Both the position numbers and the translations under genes were made by a program. From assembly GCA_951406725.2 (NCBI GenBank), contig OX597822.1, positions 96,038,001 to 96,102,000 of the forward strand: a stretch of DNA of 64,000 nt, given 5' to 3'. The DNA is from Octopus vulgaris. Its lineage: Eukaryota. Shown here piece after piece: positions 15,504 through 29,222 of the stretch (the first letter of the stretch is position 1; every line of letters begins with the position of its first letter). Under the pieces are notes generated by a model. That model did not search any database. It was not told the DNA's origin and worked only from the letters and a program-made list of their open reading frames with translations.

Positions 15504-16772
15504 TCCAACCAAACTACATACATATATACATACATACGTAACTACATAGATCCGTACGTAAGTACGTACGAACATACATTCATGCATTCACATAAGTGCA
15601 TATTCACATAAGTACATTTATGTACGTATGCGTACATACGTATATACATGAATACTGATAAGCTAACGAACATAAGTACTAAATGTTTTTTTCAAGAGAG
15701 TGACAAGTTCCTAAAGAGCTCATCATATAGCATCCATATAAGCGAGGAATAAGAAAGAGGTATTCACGTGAACCTTTTACAAAACAGAACCCTTTACCAA
15801 CAGCCCATGAAAAAAACAAATATTAATGAAGCTTTTTTCTTCTACACTCTTTAGAAATGAGGAAAGAAAATGCTCTCCGTATCTCTATAATTCTTCTTTA
15901 CCGGCTTGGTGTTGGACAAGTTTAAAATATTTAATACCATGTTAATTTTATCAAACGTGGCATTTTGCCTAGGCACTATTTAACCCTGCAGCCCCTTATT
16001 TATGGGTAACACTACATTGGGTGATACCATATATAAGGTTTATACAATTTAAGCCGAAAACACATGCTGATTGTGAAGGTGTGTGATCGAGATTCTGCCA
16101 CTTCGTGACGCAAGATTATTTTAGATCAATCTGGACATTGCAACGAATAATTAAAAAAACAACATTAACCAATAGAATGAGCATATTGATGAGTGGGATA
16201 TTGGTTGGCCTTAGAATAAAACTACAATTAAAGTACAACAGAACAGACCTGTTTTGATACTCTGAAACACAACCGTGCTCTGACTGTGCGATTTGGATAT
16301 CCAGTTGGTATCATTATTGTAAACGAAATACATCGTTGCCCAAAATACACTTTCAATTTTATTTGAACAGCATGCGTGAAAAATATAGCTCAGTTTCCGT
16401 TATTGGAGGATGAACGTTGCTCCATGATTCATACGTTCCAGATGATCACCACTTCTAAGATGATAAAAATCTGCAAGATATATTAAAAATTAAAGAAGTA
16501 ATATTCGGAAGGCGAAGCCAAGAGAGTTAGGGTTAATATATTTTTTACCTACAATATTGCAACACTTGTCTTTATCACAATTTAGTATCTTTAAAACAAA
16601 TTCTTTCAAAATGCAATCAAATAGAAAAACAGGGCAATACACATTGGTGCATATGTAAGTACATATATATATATATATCCCTACATATCTTATATCTATT
16701 TTCTTGACTCCACCTCACTCTCTATTTTATATCCTATCTAAACTAACTATTACTTAACCATCCTCTCACACC

Positions 16773-16824
16773 GTCTCCGATGAAGAGATATAATTAATAA
16801 ATATCCTGGAAAAAGCTGTAAGAC
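16773..16824 (+). ncRNA. Degenerate type-I hammerhead-like motif
   Basis: GTCT-CCGATGA-A-GAGATAT..ATATCCT-G-GAAA-AAGCTG-T-A-AGAC. Stem I is GTCT/AGAC; the core carries a U4C change. Confidence 0.45.
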
Positions 16825-17041
16825 CTTCTATCTATAAATGTTCTAATATCTACAGAGCCTTGTTTTTTTCTTATCTCATTACGCAAAAATTCTTATATAC
16901 ACACGCTGACATATGACCAACGTTGAAAACCTTATTCGCTAAATTACCGAACCTGGAACTTAACTATGGTCTGTCTATAGCACTTACTCAGCATTACCTG
17001 ACACCTTTGGGTTTCAATGACACCATTACCTCCTATAACCT

Positions 17042-17076
<35 letters not shown>

Positions 17077-17125
17077 AATAAATGAAAGAATGGAGTTGAA
17101 CGACGATTTAACAAAATTCCTTTAT

Positions 17126-17206
17126 TCTCGACATATGTTTCGAAGGCTGCATATTCCTAATTTCAAAGGAATAAGGGGTGCATTATGCTGCCTTCTCAAC
17201 AGGAGA
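17126..17206 (-). ncRNA. Type-I hammerhead-like motif with extended stem II
   Basis: Minus strand reads TCTC-CTGTTGA-GAAGGC..GCCTTC-GAAA-CATATG-T-C-GAGA. Stem III is the palindrome ACATATGT and the cleavage triplet is GUC. The only core deviation is A6U. Confidence 0.7.
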
Positions 17207-17363
17207 GACAAGGAACTTATGTCAGCATACACACAAATTTCCACACGAAAGCACGTGATCTCTGCCCTTGGCATGTAGCTTCAACCGTGTTTTTCTGACG
17301 TGAATTTGCTACCCAGGTATCGGTTAACCGAATTATCCATACTAGGATAATTCATTCAACTAC

Positions 17364-17439
<76 letters not shown>

Positions 17440-17924
17440 TTCCTTTTGGGATTTGGTTTGCAAGATTTTTTATATGAGTTCGTGTGTTGACGCATAATCT
17501 GTTGTGTTTTGGGAGAGTCATTTTCTTTTAGTACCTTATTATTTAACACACTCACCGGTAAAATTTCCACTTATTTCGTCTTTTTATTTTCCTAAAATTT
17601 TCGTTGCGCCTTGCAACCTTTTCAGTAGTCTTGACTCTGTCCGTTATTTACACTGCGTTCCCTTTTGTTTGTTTGTGCGCATGTGTGTGTGTGTGCCTAT
17701 ACATGCATGCATGTACGTATGTATGTGTGTGTTTGTTTGCATGTGTATGTATGTATATATGTGTATGCATGCATATGTATGTATGTATGTGTGTGCATCT
17801 GTATGCACGTATCATGCATATTTACGCATGCCTGTCCGTGTTTGTGTATTTTCTGTGCATCTGTGTGTGAGAGCATGTGTTTGTATATGTATGCACCTCT
17901 GTCTCTTTGTGTGTGCATATATCT

Positions 17925-18312
17925 CTTTCTCTCTTTTACTTGTTTCAGTCATTTGACTGCGGCCATGCTGGAGCACCACCCTTAGTCGAGCAAATCGACC
18001 CCAGGACTTATTCTCTGTAAGCCCAGTACTTATTCTATCGGTCTCTTTTGCCGAACCGCTAAGTGACAGGGACGTAAACACACCAGCATCGGTTGTCAAG
18101 CAATGTTAGGGGGACAAACACAGACATACAAACATACACACACATACATATATACGACAGGCTTCTTTCAGTTTCCATCTACTAAATCCACTCACAAAGC
18201 ATTGGTCGGCCCGAGGCTATAGTAGAAGACACTTTCCCAAGATGCCACGCAGTGGGACTGAACCCGGAACTCGGAACCATGTGGTTGGTAAGCAAGCTAC
18301 TTACCACACAGC
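17925..18312 (-). mobile_element. SINE family A, full length
   Basis: Minus-strand head GTGGCTGTGTGGTAAG...GGTTCAGTCCC and the family tail. Confidence 0.9.
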
Positions 18313-18661
18313 CACACAGCCACTCTGTGTGTGTGTGTTATGTAACTATGTACTATGTTTGTATGTATGGATGTGCATCTTTATATGTGTGGATCCGTGT
18401 CTCCATATGTGTCTGTTCTTGTAACCTATGTGCCTATCCGTCTGTATGTTGATCTGTTTATTTACGTATCTAAGTGCTTACATATAGAAATAAAAAATAA
18501 AAAATATAAAAAATATAAAAAATATAAGAAAATATAACCCCCCAAAAAATAATGATGATGATAAATAAAGGGCATACACACACCCACATACATACATACA
18601 TTTATCTACCTAACAGTCCACTAACTATTCTACTCTACCTGTGTAAATTGACATTAATATG

Positions 18662-19032
18662 GAAGCACTCCGTCGGTTACGACGATGAGGGTTCCGGTTG
18701 ATCCGATCAACGGAACAGCCTGCTCGTGAAATTAACGTGTAAGTGGCTGAGCACTCCACAGACACGTGTACCCTTAACATAGTTCTCAGGGATATTCAAT
18801 GTGACACAGAGAGTGACAAGGCCGGCCCTTTGAAATACAGGTACAACAGAAACAGGAAGAAAGAGTGAGAGAAAATTGTGGTGAAAGAGTACAGCAAGGA
18901 TCACCACCATCCCCTGCCGGAGCCTCGTGGAGCTTTAGGTGTTTTCACTCAATAAACACTCACAACGCCCGGTCTGGGAATCGAAACCGCGATTCTACGA
19001 CCGCGAATCCGCTGCCCTAACCACTGGGCCAA
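18662..19032 (-). mobile_element. tRNA-derived SINE family C
   Basis: Near-identical to the copies at 31561, 32394 and 52644. Confidence 0.9.
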
Positions 19033-19039
19033 TAGAACC

Positions 19040-19315
19040 AACTCTAGTGACGGTAATGTAGAGACTGAGAAGAACGTAATGGAGAGCATCCAGCAAAAAG
19101 CTGACCCCATCCACCAAAGTATCAAGGTAACTATAGATTACCCCACTAAGCACCCCAACAACAGACTCCCTGTACTTGATACTGAACTTTGGTTAGAGAG
19201 TGTGAACAATAGAGTGCAGCTCCTGCACTCTTATTACATGAAACCCATAACTTCAAAATATGTTGTTCACAAGAACTCAGCTTTGTCACACAACATGAAA
19301 ATTAACATACTAATA
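19040..19315 (+). pseudogene. Penelope-like (possibly Neptune-type) reverse transcriptase fragment
   Basis: IHQSIKVTIDYPTKHPNNRLPVLDTELW...[20 protein letters not shown]...KINIL resembles the C-terminal RT/thumb region of Penelope-like elements. It is truncated at a microsatellite. Confidence 0.65.
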
Positions 19316-19384
19316 GAATATATATATTTATATATATATGTATGTGTGTATGTATGTACGTATGCATGCATGTATGTATGTATG

Positions 19385-19452
<68 letters not shown>

Positions 19453-20229
19453 AATAAAATATATGCATATATATAAACATATATGTACGTACCTACCTCT
19501 ACATGTACATATACACGCATATATGTGTACAGGACACCAAAAGGACGTCGAACACATAGAGAGACGAAAAACATAGACACAAACCAAGGAACAAGACAAG
19601 CAAAAAAAGGAGATACAGGACAATAAGCACAACGAAAAATCCCCTTCTTCAGTCGCTAAAGTTTCATCTACTAAACGTTTCGAAGGATAAAAGCGAGACG
19701 TATACTTCGAATGAAAAATTCCTTCCCGCGAAAAGCAAATCAATTAAAATTCTGAGATCTTGTCGCAGAGGGGTAAAAAAAGCAAGACGGTAACGACAGT
19801 ACAAACATATAAACAGTAAAAAATATATATATAAACAGTGGAAAAATAAATATATAACAGTGAGAGACAGGACAAGGAGAACAAGATAAGAAGGGCTGTT
19901 AACGCCAGACGAAAAAAGTATTGCAAACGCTGGATTATAGTGGACGACGAGAGAGGAAGATGTCGACCAGTGGCCTTAGAAGGCAGGCGAAAAAGGACGG
20001 GATAGCAGTTACGACGGAAGTGCGTCGCAGATGGACGACGGGAATGGGGGAGGAGGAGCAAGAGGAAGAGAAAGAAGAAGGGGAATGGTGCGAGGAGACC
20101 ATGAAGAACAGTGAGGGGGAGAGAGAGAGGAAGAGACAAGTTAAGTGAGGGAAAAAAGACGAAAAAGGGAATGGGAGAGAAAGAAAGAAAGATGCAGAGT
20201 CGCGTGAGAGTTAATATCAAGGCGAACTG

Positions 20230-20261
<32 letters not shown>

Positions 20262-21505
20262 GTGTGTGAGTCTGTATGTATGTATGTATGTATGTATGTA
20301 TGTATGTATGTATGTATGTATGTATGTATGTATGAGTGTATATCGTTTCTCTCAGCTATTGCACTATAAACTGATATATTACAAAAAAAAAAAAAAACAG
20401 AATTTACTAACGTGTTTACAAGTACATCAGGAAAGAAACTCGTGTTTTGGGGTTATTTTCTTATGTGGTAAATGTTACACATAGATCAACGTCTAATTAA
20501 TGGTATACTTCACATTTCTCAGTAGAATTTCGTTGATGGATTTCCTGGCAGTTCCCAAGTGCAATTTGATAACCCTTGCAAACAGTGAATCAACAAAATC
20601 ACTATGAAAACAAAACGAGAAACAAAATACAACGAAAACAATCAATGTGACAAGAAGAAAGAGATAAGACATTATTATATAGATGTGATAAAGCCGCACT
20701 ACTGTAATCAACAATTTTATAGCATTAATCATTTAGAAAATGTTATGTAAATGAACCGAATTCATATGTAAATCAAGGAGTTTCTAATTTCTTTTGCTTT
20801 TTTTTTTTCTCGGGAGAGCACTGAAATTCGAGAAAGAAATCCCATAATAATGTAATTTGCATCGCTTCACGCTAGAAAGTAGTTATAGATGTTTTATTTG
20901 AGTATATAAAGTAAAACTCTATTCAATTAGGTAATAACGTTTGACAGAAAATAAAGAAAAACGAATAATTCTGAAAGGAAACTTTTGAATACAGATTGTA
21001 CAAAGGCTGCACACTTATTGAAATACGCCTCATATGAAGTGCATTCAAAGTGCATCCTAGCTGCACATTAAACTGTGATTCATTCAGTTAAGTAATAAGA
21101 AACCACAATGAGATTTTATCCTCACTGTCTTCACGAAGATACTTATGTTAATGAAATAAGAGATGAGATACTTAGTTATAATCGTTTCTACTATAAACAC
21201 GAGGTCAGAAATTTTTCGGGGAGATTGGGATGGGGTGGGGGAGCTTGTCGATAACATCAAAGCCCAATATTTGATTGGTACTTAGGAAAGGCAAAGTCGA
21301 CCTCAGTGGAATTTGAACTCAGAATATAAAGACGGGCAAAATGCCGCAAAGGATTTTATCCTGTGTGCTAAAGGCTCTACCAGCTCACTGCCTAATACTT
21401 AGTACTGTAATAACATGGAATTTTATAGTTCTATATTTGAGAGATGAGGAATTATGTACATTATTTACATTTGACGAGTATTTGTCCTCATCTTGTTTGT
21501 TATTA

Positions 21506-21549
21506 ACACAACGCTTCAGCTGATGTATTCTCCAGCCTTCATCAAGTGT
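21506..21549 (-). ncRNA. Degenerate hammerhead in an inverted pLTR abutting the Penelope ORF
   Basis: Minus strand reads ACAC-TTGATGA-A-GGCTG..CAGCT-GAAG-CG-T-T-GTGT, with two core substitutions. Confidence 0.6.
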
Positions 21550-22248
21550 CCAAAAACAACCCCATGGCTGCGATATGTTGATGACACCTTTATACTCTGG
21601 CTCCACCAGGAAGATGTCCAAGTACTGTTAGATCATGTGAACTCAATAAAGCCAGCCATACAGTTCACAATGGAAAAAGTAAAAGGCAATCAGCTAGTAT
21701 TCCTGGACGTATTAATAACACATACCAGATATGGATTCAGGACATCCGTATACCGTAAGCCAATCTTCACTGGACGATACCTCAGCTTCAATTCCCACCA
21801 TCCATACAGTGTAAAGAAAGCGATTCCTCACTGCCCAAAACATCGAGCAAAGAATATAAGTAGCAATCCTGATACACACTACGAAGAAATGATCAAGATA
21901 AGTAACAATCTATTAAGCAACAACTACCCCCAAAATATACTATCCACTCCAGTTATGAAGAGAAGAGAGGATGAAACTAATAAACTGACCACGGTCTGTC
22001 TACCCCATGTGAAAGGCCTCTCCGGAAAGATACAAAAGATATGCGGCCCACATGACATCAAATCAGCATTCAAGAGTAATACAGCACTTCGCAAATATCT
22101 CCTTCGTGTAAAACCATCGATAGAAGATAATACGACCAAAGACTGCGTATACTCCATCCCACGTAGCTTTGGTAGGTTATACAAAGGCGAAACATGCCAC
22201 CCTCTCAAAATAAGGGTAGAGGAACATCGTGAATCTGTGATACGATGA
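21550..22248 (+). pseudogene. 5'-truncated Penelope-like element: RT C-terminus plus start of GIY-YIG endonuclease
   Basis: WLRYVDDTF, IQFTMEK, FLDV, VYRKP, SHHP, then VYSIP..GRLYKGET..LKIRVEEH. Confidence 0.92.
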
Positions 22249-22494
22249 GATATTAATAAACCTCCTAAGCAGACTTAGTGCAGATATGAGCAGTATATGG
22301 GAACCGGTAGTAAGGAAGGATAGGTAAATATTAGATTTATAAGCCCTAAAATTCACTCCATAATTGCCCACGGGCATATACCGTAGAGTTTAATAGCGCG
22401 GGCTACTAACCCCGAGTTCGATTCCAGGCAGTGATCTGAATAACAACAATAATAATAACATCGTTAAAAAACTAACTGAAAATGCAGTTTCTTT

Positions 22495-22689
22495 TCTTCT
22501 TTAGGCACAAGGTCCGAAATTTCGGGGAAGGAGGCGAGTCGATTAGATTGACCTCAGTACGGAACTGGTTCCGAAGGGATGAAAGGCAAAGTCGACCTCG
22601 GCAGAATTTGAACACAGAACGTAAAGACAGACGAAGTACCGCTAAGTATTTCGCCCGGCGTGCTAACGATTCTGCCAGCATGCCGCCTT
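22495..22689 (-). mobile_element. SINE family B
   Basis: gatgaaaggcaaagtcgacctcggc...tttcgcccggcgtgctaacgattctgccagc. Confidence 0.85.
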
Positions 22690-22748
22690 AGAAGTACGTA
22701 TATAGATACAGATGCACAGATACACAAAAAAAACATAGCTACACACAA

Positions 22749-22789
<41 letters not shown>

Positions 22790-23043
22790 CACAGATACAC
22801 ACATATACATGCATACATACATACATACATGCATGCATGCATACATGCATACATACATACATACATACATACATACATACATACATACATACATACATAC
22901 ATACATACATACATGTGTATATATATGTAACAATTGAAAAAGTTCGTTATAAAGGTACCATAAACAAGTATAAAAGTTTAAATTGTTCTATTTTAACTTA
23001 TTTTTTCTGTATATATATGTATGTATGTGTGTATGTATGTATG

Positions 23044-23135
<92 letters not shown>

Positions 23136-23136
23136 C

Positions 23137-23179
<43 letters not shown>

Positions 23180-23200
23180 CATACATACATACATACATAC

Positions 23201-23246
<46 letters not shown>

Positions 23247-23951
23247 CGTTAATTTAATTTAACTCTATTTCCCTTTTTTTATTTTACTGCTTTACTTTTC
23301 ATAAGTAATCTGGTTAATACATTTTATAGTACTGAACTTCTATCATAAATATTGATCTAAACTTGTCCTTTTCCTTGTACATTGTTTGCAGACGTTGTTT
23401 ACGAGATGTATTTTTCCACTAGTCTTTATTAAGCATGTTCTGGGTCTGATGTCATGTTCGTGGTGTGATGTTTATTAGTAGTTTCCGTTTCCTATCCTGT
23501 CTTAATGTTCTCTTTGGGGATAAGTTGTCATATCTGTTTTATAGCTATAACTTTATTTGTTTTCTCTATAAACTATTTGTTTACTCTGCTGTTATAACTT
23601 CTATTAATAAGCTGGTGAATTCCAAGGCAACGTTTATATTTTTAATGCTGTTGATACCGCCGGCTTCAGTGGTACTGCTCGAGATGTCGAAACTACAGTG
23701 ATATCTCTTTGGCGGCTGATGTTGGGAATACGCATTTATTATGCTAGATTGTGAATTTCTTAAATCTTCGTCTCGTTATTCTAAGTCGTCCCGCGTTCTT
23801 GCAAAGCGGAACGTGTTTGTGCATGCATAGTGTGCAGGGATCACTTAAATGGGTACTGTTTGCTTTTCTTCATAGGTAATCTAATTAAACTTAGATAATG
23901 CCCAGATATTAGTGTCTAGTTCTGGGAGGTTCTGTGGCCTACACACACACA

Positions 23952-24005
<54 letters not shown>

Positions 24006-24006
24006 G

Positions 24007-24047
<41 letters not shown>

Positions 24048-24054
24048 AAGATAT

Positions 24055-24132
<78 letters not shown>

Positions 24133-24949
24133 TGGTTGATTGATTGATTGATTGATTGATAGATAATACACGTACGCCGTCATGGTTTCCATCTGCCAAA
24201 AACCATTTCATTTTTCAAATATGGCTTCAATCCGAGGATTCGGGATTCTCTCTACTCTTCTTTATGGCATACCAATTTAACACGTGTATCAGAATGCCAA
24301 GGAAGCATTGATTATTTTGACACTGTATGCAGGTCTTAAATCATATTTCAAAAGAAATCCCTTATCACCAAAGAGACATTAATGCAAACAAGCATACAAA
24401 TTTATATAATAGCTACACTAGTTACTGAGAAAAGTGAATATTTTTCTAACGATTTCCGTGTTGGATAATAAAAACTCAAGCAATTAGCAAGGAAATAATC
24501 ATTGAAATAGAAAGAAAAATTACCGGGAAAACTCAATCTCCGAATCCTCTGTGAAATCGTCATTGTAAAAATAAAGATTCAAATAATTCAGAATAGCAAC
24601 GTAATTAAAAAAGGGGTACCTTGAAAAACAGGGGATCTTCGTTTAATTGATGGAAAAACTGTCATCGTGGAAGTCGGTAGTTTAAAAAAAAAAATTTAAT
24701 TCAATAAACAACAATAAATTAGATAAAAAATGCTACAGACAAAAAAAGACCCTGCAACGCTAAAAGCATTTTGAGAAATAACAGAAAAAGTAATTCGATT
24801 AGGAAATATCTGCCAAGGCCATCACGAAAAGAGGAAAATTAAGAATAATCAGCTATAAATACACAGATAATATAATTATATGAAATTCAGACATGCAAAT
24901 ACAGTCAAAAAACATAAGGGAGAAAGTACCAACTAATAATTTCATTAAC

Positions 24950-25415
24950 TTCCTGCGCTCGGGACAGCAGAGCTGTTTCAAGAAGAACAACAAACTTCCT
25001 GTGAGTGATGAGAAGTGACTGCAGTTTACCAGGGTGCCAGGGACTCATCCCATCCCGGTTACGAAAAAAAAACCCCGAACATTTTAATGTGGTGTGAAGG
25101 AAAAAAGTTGTGAATCGAGTCGAGTTAACGGTTCCTCATGAAGCTAACATGGACGCCGCTTGGGCTCGAACGATTGACCGATATGTAAGCCTCCTCGATG
25201 TATGTAAAGACGCAGGCTGGAAAACGGAGCATTTTCCATTCGAAGTCGAATGTAGAGGGTTCGCTGGACACAGTGTGAGACGATTGTGGTTATCGTTAGG
25301 CCTAATTCATCGTAAAGTAAATACCAGTATGACCGATATCCAAACGACAGTGGAAAAGGCTAGTCACTGGATTTGGTTAAAAAGAGTCGATGGGCGATGG
25401 CTAGAGGAGTATTGA
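24950..25415 (+). pseudogene. C-terminal restriction-like endonuclease domain of a HERO/R2-group non-LTR retrotransposon
   Basis: VELTVPHEAN...RY..L...C...GW....PFEVECRGF.G.S...EKASHWIWLKR matches the recalled HERO-type ELTVPWE...EVGxRGF pattern. Confidence 0.75.
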
Positions 25416-26259
25416 GCTATATTTAATAAGCAGTTGATCTAGCAAGCGAGGCCTCATATCAGTGAGGGGGGCCGGTGCGCATTGTTGCCGTCGAGAGGTA
25501 GGCCATGAAACGGCGCGTATTCTCTCCTGATGATCCCATACACTTGTTGGCTTCCGCTGTGCAGAGTTCTCGAATGGTAGCACTTGCACGTGCAAGTTGT
25601 TTGCACAGCATCTAAGAATTGTTAAGTATTCTAGAGGAAATTCAAAACAAAGAATACCGTGTATATGCGTATATATGTACACGCATGTACATATACTAAT
25701 GCATAAACATGTATATATATATATATATATATATATAATGGATGGTTGGTTGGACGGACGGACAGACGGACGGATGGAGGGGTGTATAGTCGTCAGAAAA
25801 AATAGGCACTTGTATATTTGTTAATAGAGATGATATATTAACCAAAGTATGCAGTATTATAGATCCATTACAATGATGTTAGATAACTGGGCGGTTATCT
25901 AATGCACATGCTCTTCAGGGATGGTACATATGATGAAATTATGGTGATTGCTCTCCGTTACTGGAAGTGAGAGAGTGTTATATCAGGTTCAAACCTACTT
26001 GTCATAAAAAGAGAAACAAAATCGCGTATCTTAGTGGCCATTGACTCTCTGCTGCACAACTACGTCATTGCAATTTATCCATAACACTCGACCTACAGCT
26101 GCTCCGGAAGTCTATCCATAACACAATTTCGTCGATTATCATAGACTTTTCTGCTTATCCTCTACACAAACCACCTACGGAGCCAGTTTTTTTGCTTTCA
26201 TATGTATTTGCAGTGTGCTCAAATTCTGTTTGCATGTATTGACATAGTAAAAAAATAAA

Positions 26260-26661
26260 TCTCTATATCTAAAACTGTAGTTGTGTGAGTGTCTGTCCCC
26301 TTCGATTTAGATTCCTAACTACTCCCACATTTTGCGGTGCAGTTTAACCAAATTCGGGTATCTTATAGTCGTGATTCATATCGAGCCCGGCTGGGTATTA
26401 GCGCGCGTCTACAATGAGTCTACGATTTTAAAAATAATTTACCATCATTTTTTATTCCATTTTAATGCATTTTTCGCTATTATATAAGGGAAGTAACTCT
26501 CTAAAAATGTCTACGATGAGTCAACGATTTAGAAAAAAAATTACCATCATTTTTATTCCATTTTTAATGCATTTTTTGCTATTTCTTTGCTATAACTCAC
26601 TAAAAATGCTTATATAGTTATTTCCCTTACAAACCCGAGCAACGCCGGGCGATACTGCTAG
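26260..26661 (+). mobile_element. Non-autonomous Helitron
   Basis: A|TC 5' end, imperfect hairpin cccgagcaacgccggg, and CTAG|T 3' end. Confidence 0.85.
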
Positions 26662-26849
26662 TTTATGTAGACAGGTGTTAGGTATTCTTTTCCTGATAAC
26701 TGTCTAACGAGGCTTGAAACTTGTCAGAATTATAACTTTTCTGTCTACGGAGAAATGAAAACTTTTCAGAACCCATATGGTTTACTTTTCACCGTGGAGC
26801 TATATTTTATGTTTGTTAACGTATTAATCCATGTAAAAGCGTTATACCT

Positions 26850-27450
26850 TTTTCTTTATTACCCACAAGGGGCTAAACACAGAGGAGACAAACAAGGACA
26901 GACATAGGTATTTAGTCGATTACATCGACTCCAGTGCGTAACTGCTACTTAATTTATCGACCCCCGAAAGGATGAAAGGCAAAGTCGACATCGGCGGAAT
27001 TAGAACTCAGAACGTAACGGCAGATGAAATACCTATTTCTTTACTACCCAAAAGGGGCTAAACATAGAGGAGACAAACAAGGACAGACATAGGTATTTAG
27101 TGGATTACATCGACTCCAGTGCGTAACTGGTACTTAATTTATCGACCCCCGAAAGGATGAAAGGCAAAGTCGACCTCGGCGGAATTTGAACTCAGAACGT
27201 AACGGCAGATGAAATACCTATTTCTTTATTACCCACAAGGGGCTAAACATAGAGGAGACAAACAAGGACAGACATAGGTATTTAGTAGATTACATCGACC
27301 CCAGTGCGTAACTGCTACTTAATTTATCGACCCCCGAAAGGATGAAAGGCAAAGTCGACATCGGCGGAATTTGAACTCAGAACGTAACGGCAGATGAAAT
27401 ACCGCTAAGCATTTCGCCCGGCGTGCTAACGTTTCTGCCAGCTCGCCACC
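26850..27450 (-). mobile_element. SINE family B with one head and three tandem ~185-bp body-plus-tail units
   Basis: Units start at ~26850, ~27035 and ~27220. Flanked by the direct repeat ttatacct. Confidence 0.92.
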
Positions 27451-28081
27451 TTTATACCTTGCATTTCAAATTATCCAAAACACATTCTGTGGAATTCAGG
27501 ACATTATTATTGCAAGGTGAACTTCTAAACAACACATGATAGTACTTCCCAGTCAGAGACATGGACGTGTGCACACTTACAATAAACTGCCTTATACATT
27601 TCAAGGTAAACGAATGCACATATCAACTTTCGCTTTCAATTGAAACACATCAGCAAAACCCACAGAGAAGTACTTAAATGTATTACACACTCACATGCAG
27701 AAATACATACACATACCTACACACACGTGCACACCTTCACACATGTACTATCTGCGTTCAAACACACACACACGGTGACAATAGATGCATAAATGTACAG
27801 ATACAAACGAAGACACAAATACACGCAAACGCACATACATATTCGCGCCTAAGTACACATACATACATATACATACATTTATGGACTACTATTGCTACCA
27901 CCAATGCTGACATCATCATCACTGTCACCATTGCCACCATATTAGTTCAACCAACAGCACTATAACATGTGTAAATATATCAAGGCCTAGAGGCTGTGCA
28001 AACAGTAAAAGATGCGGTATGTACATAAAACCAACGCGGTGTGTGTGTGTGTATACATATATTCATACACACATATTATAT

Positions 28082-28138
<57 letters not shown>

Positions 28139-28249
28139 TATATGTATGTATATATATATGTATGTGTGTGTGTATATATATAATATATTTAATATATATA
28201 TGTATATATATATGTGTATATATATGTATGTATACATATATGTGTGTAT

Positions 28250-28290
<41 letters not shown>

Positions 28291-28372
28291 TGTATGTGTG
28301 TGTGTATATATATAATATATTTAATATATATATGTATATATATATGTGTATATATATATATGTGTGTATACA

Positions 28373-28404
<32 letters not shown>

Positions 28405-29180
28405 AATATAAATGATCGTCTATCATTTGTTTTGAGGAGAAGAAGCAGTTATTAGTAAGTTCATTAATTAGTGCTATCCATACTGCTAATTAATATGGTT
28501 GGGGCGGGGTATAGCGGAAGCTGGTAATTAGAGAGCCGGATTAAGATTGTAGAGGGTCTACATATTTACTATAAATCTTGAAACATGTCTGTCCCAGCGG
28601 AACTGTTGCTTTCAATATTCTGCAATCACATCACTCGAATTACTTCATTTCGGAATTGCTCTCGCAATGATATTCCTAGAATATAGATCTCACGTAATCT
28701 AATGTAACCTTTCTTCTTTTTGAGACAATAAGGATTGATTGATAGGGGTTGAGTAGGGGCAGTGGCAATGGTTATGGCGTGATGGCAGAGGTGCTGCCAG
28801 AAATAGCGGTGGTAATGTGGCAGGGGTGGTGATAGCAATGGTGGTGGTAGCGCTGGTGGTAGTGGTAAGGATGGTAATGGTGGTAGTTATGATAGTAATG
28901 ATGCTGCTGCTGATGATGATAATGATGATGTAGCGGCCGTGGTATTGGTGATGGTAGCGCAGGTATTGTAGTATTGGAAGCGGTAGAGCTGACGGCGATA
29001 AAGGAACTGGCGGTGGCGGCGGTGGCAGCGGTGATGGTTGTAGTAGTAGTAGAAGTAGTACTAAAACTATTTAATCACACAACTAAAAAACAATAACGAT
29101 ACGTATGAAAGCTATAATGAGAAAATGGGTTTCTGTAATGAGAAAATATAGGTTTCTTCCAGGTCATTACTATTATTATT

Positions 29181-29222
<42 letters not shown>

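Noticed and set aside
16070-16480. Possible decayed Tc1/mariner coding fragment on the minus strand
   Set aside because: Only vague motif resemblance and too degenerate to support by eye.
19640-19730. Minus-strand GAAACGT and CTGAAGA as a hammerhead
   Set aside because: The core halves are in permuted order and no convincing stems I/II could be paired.
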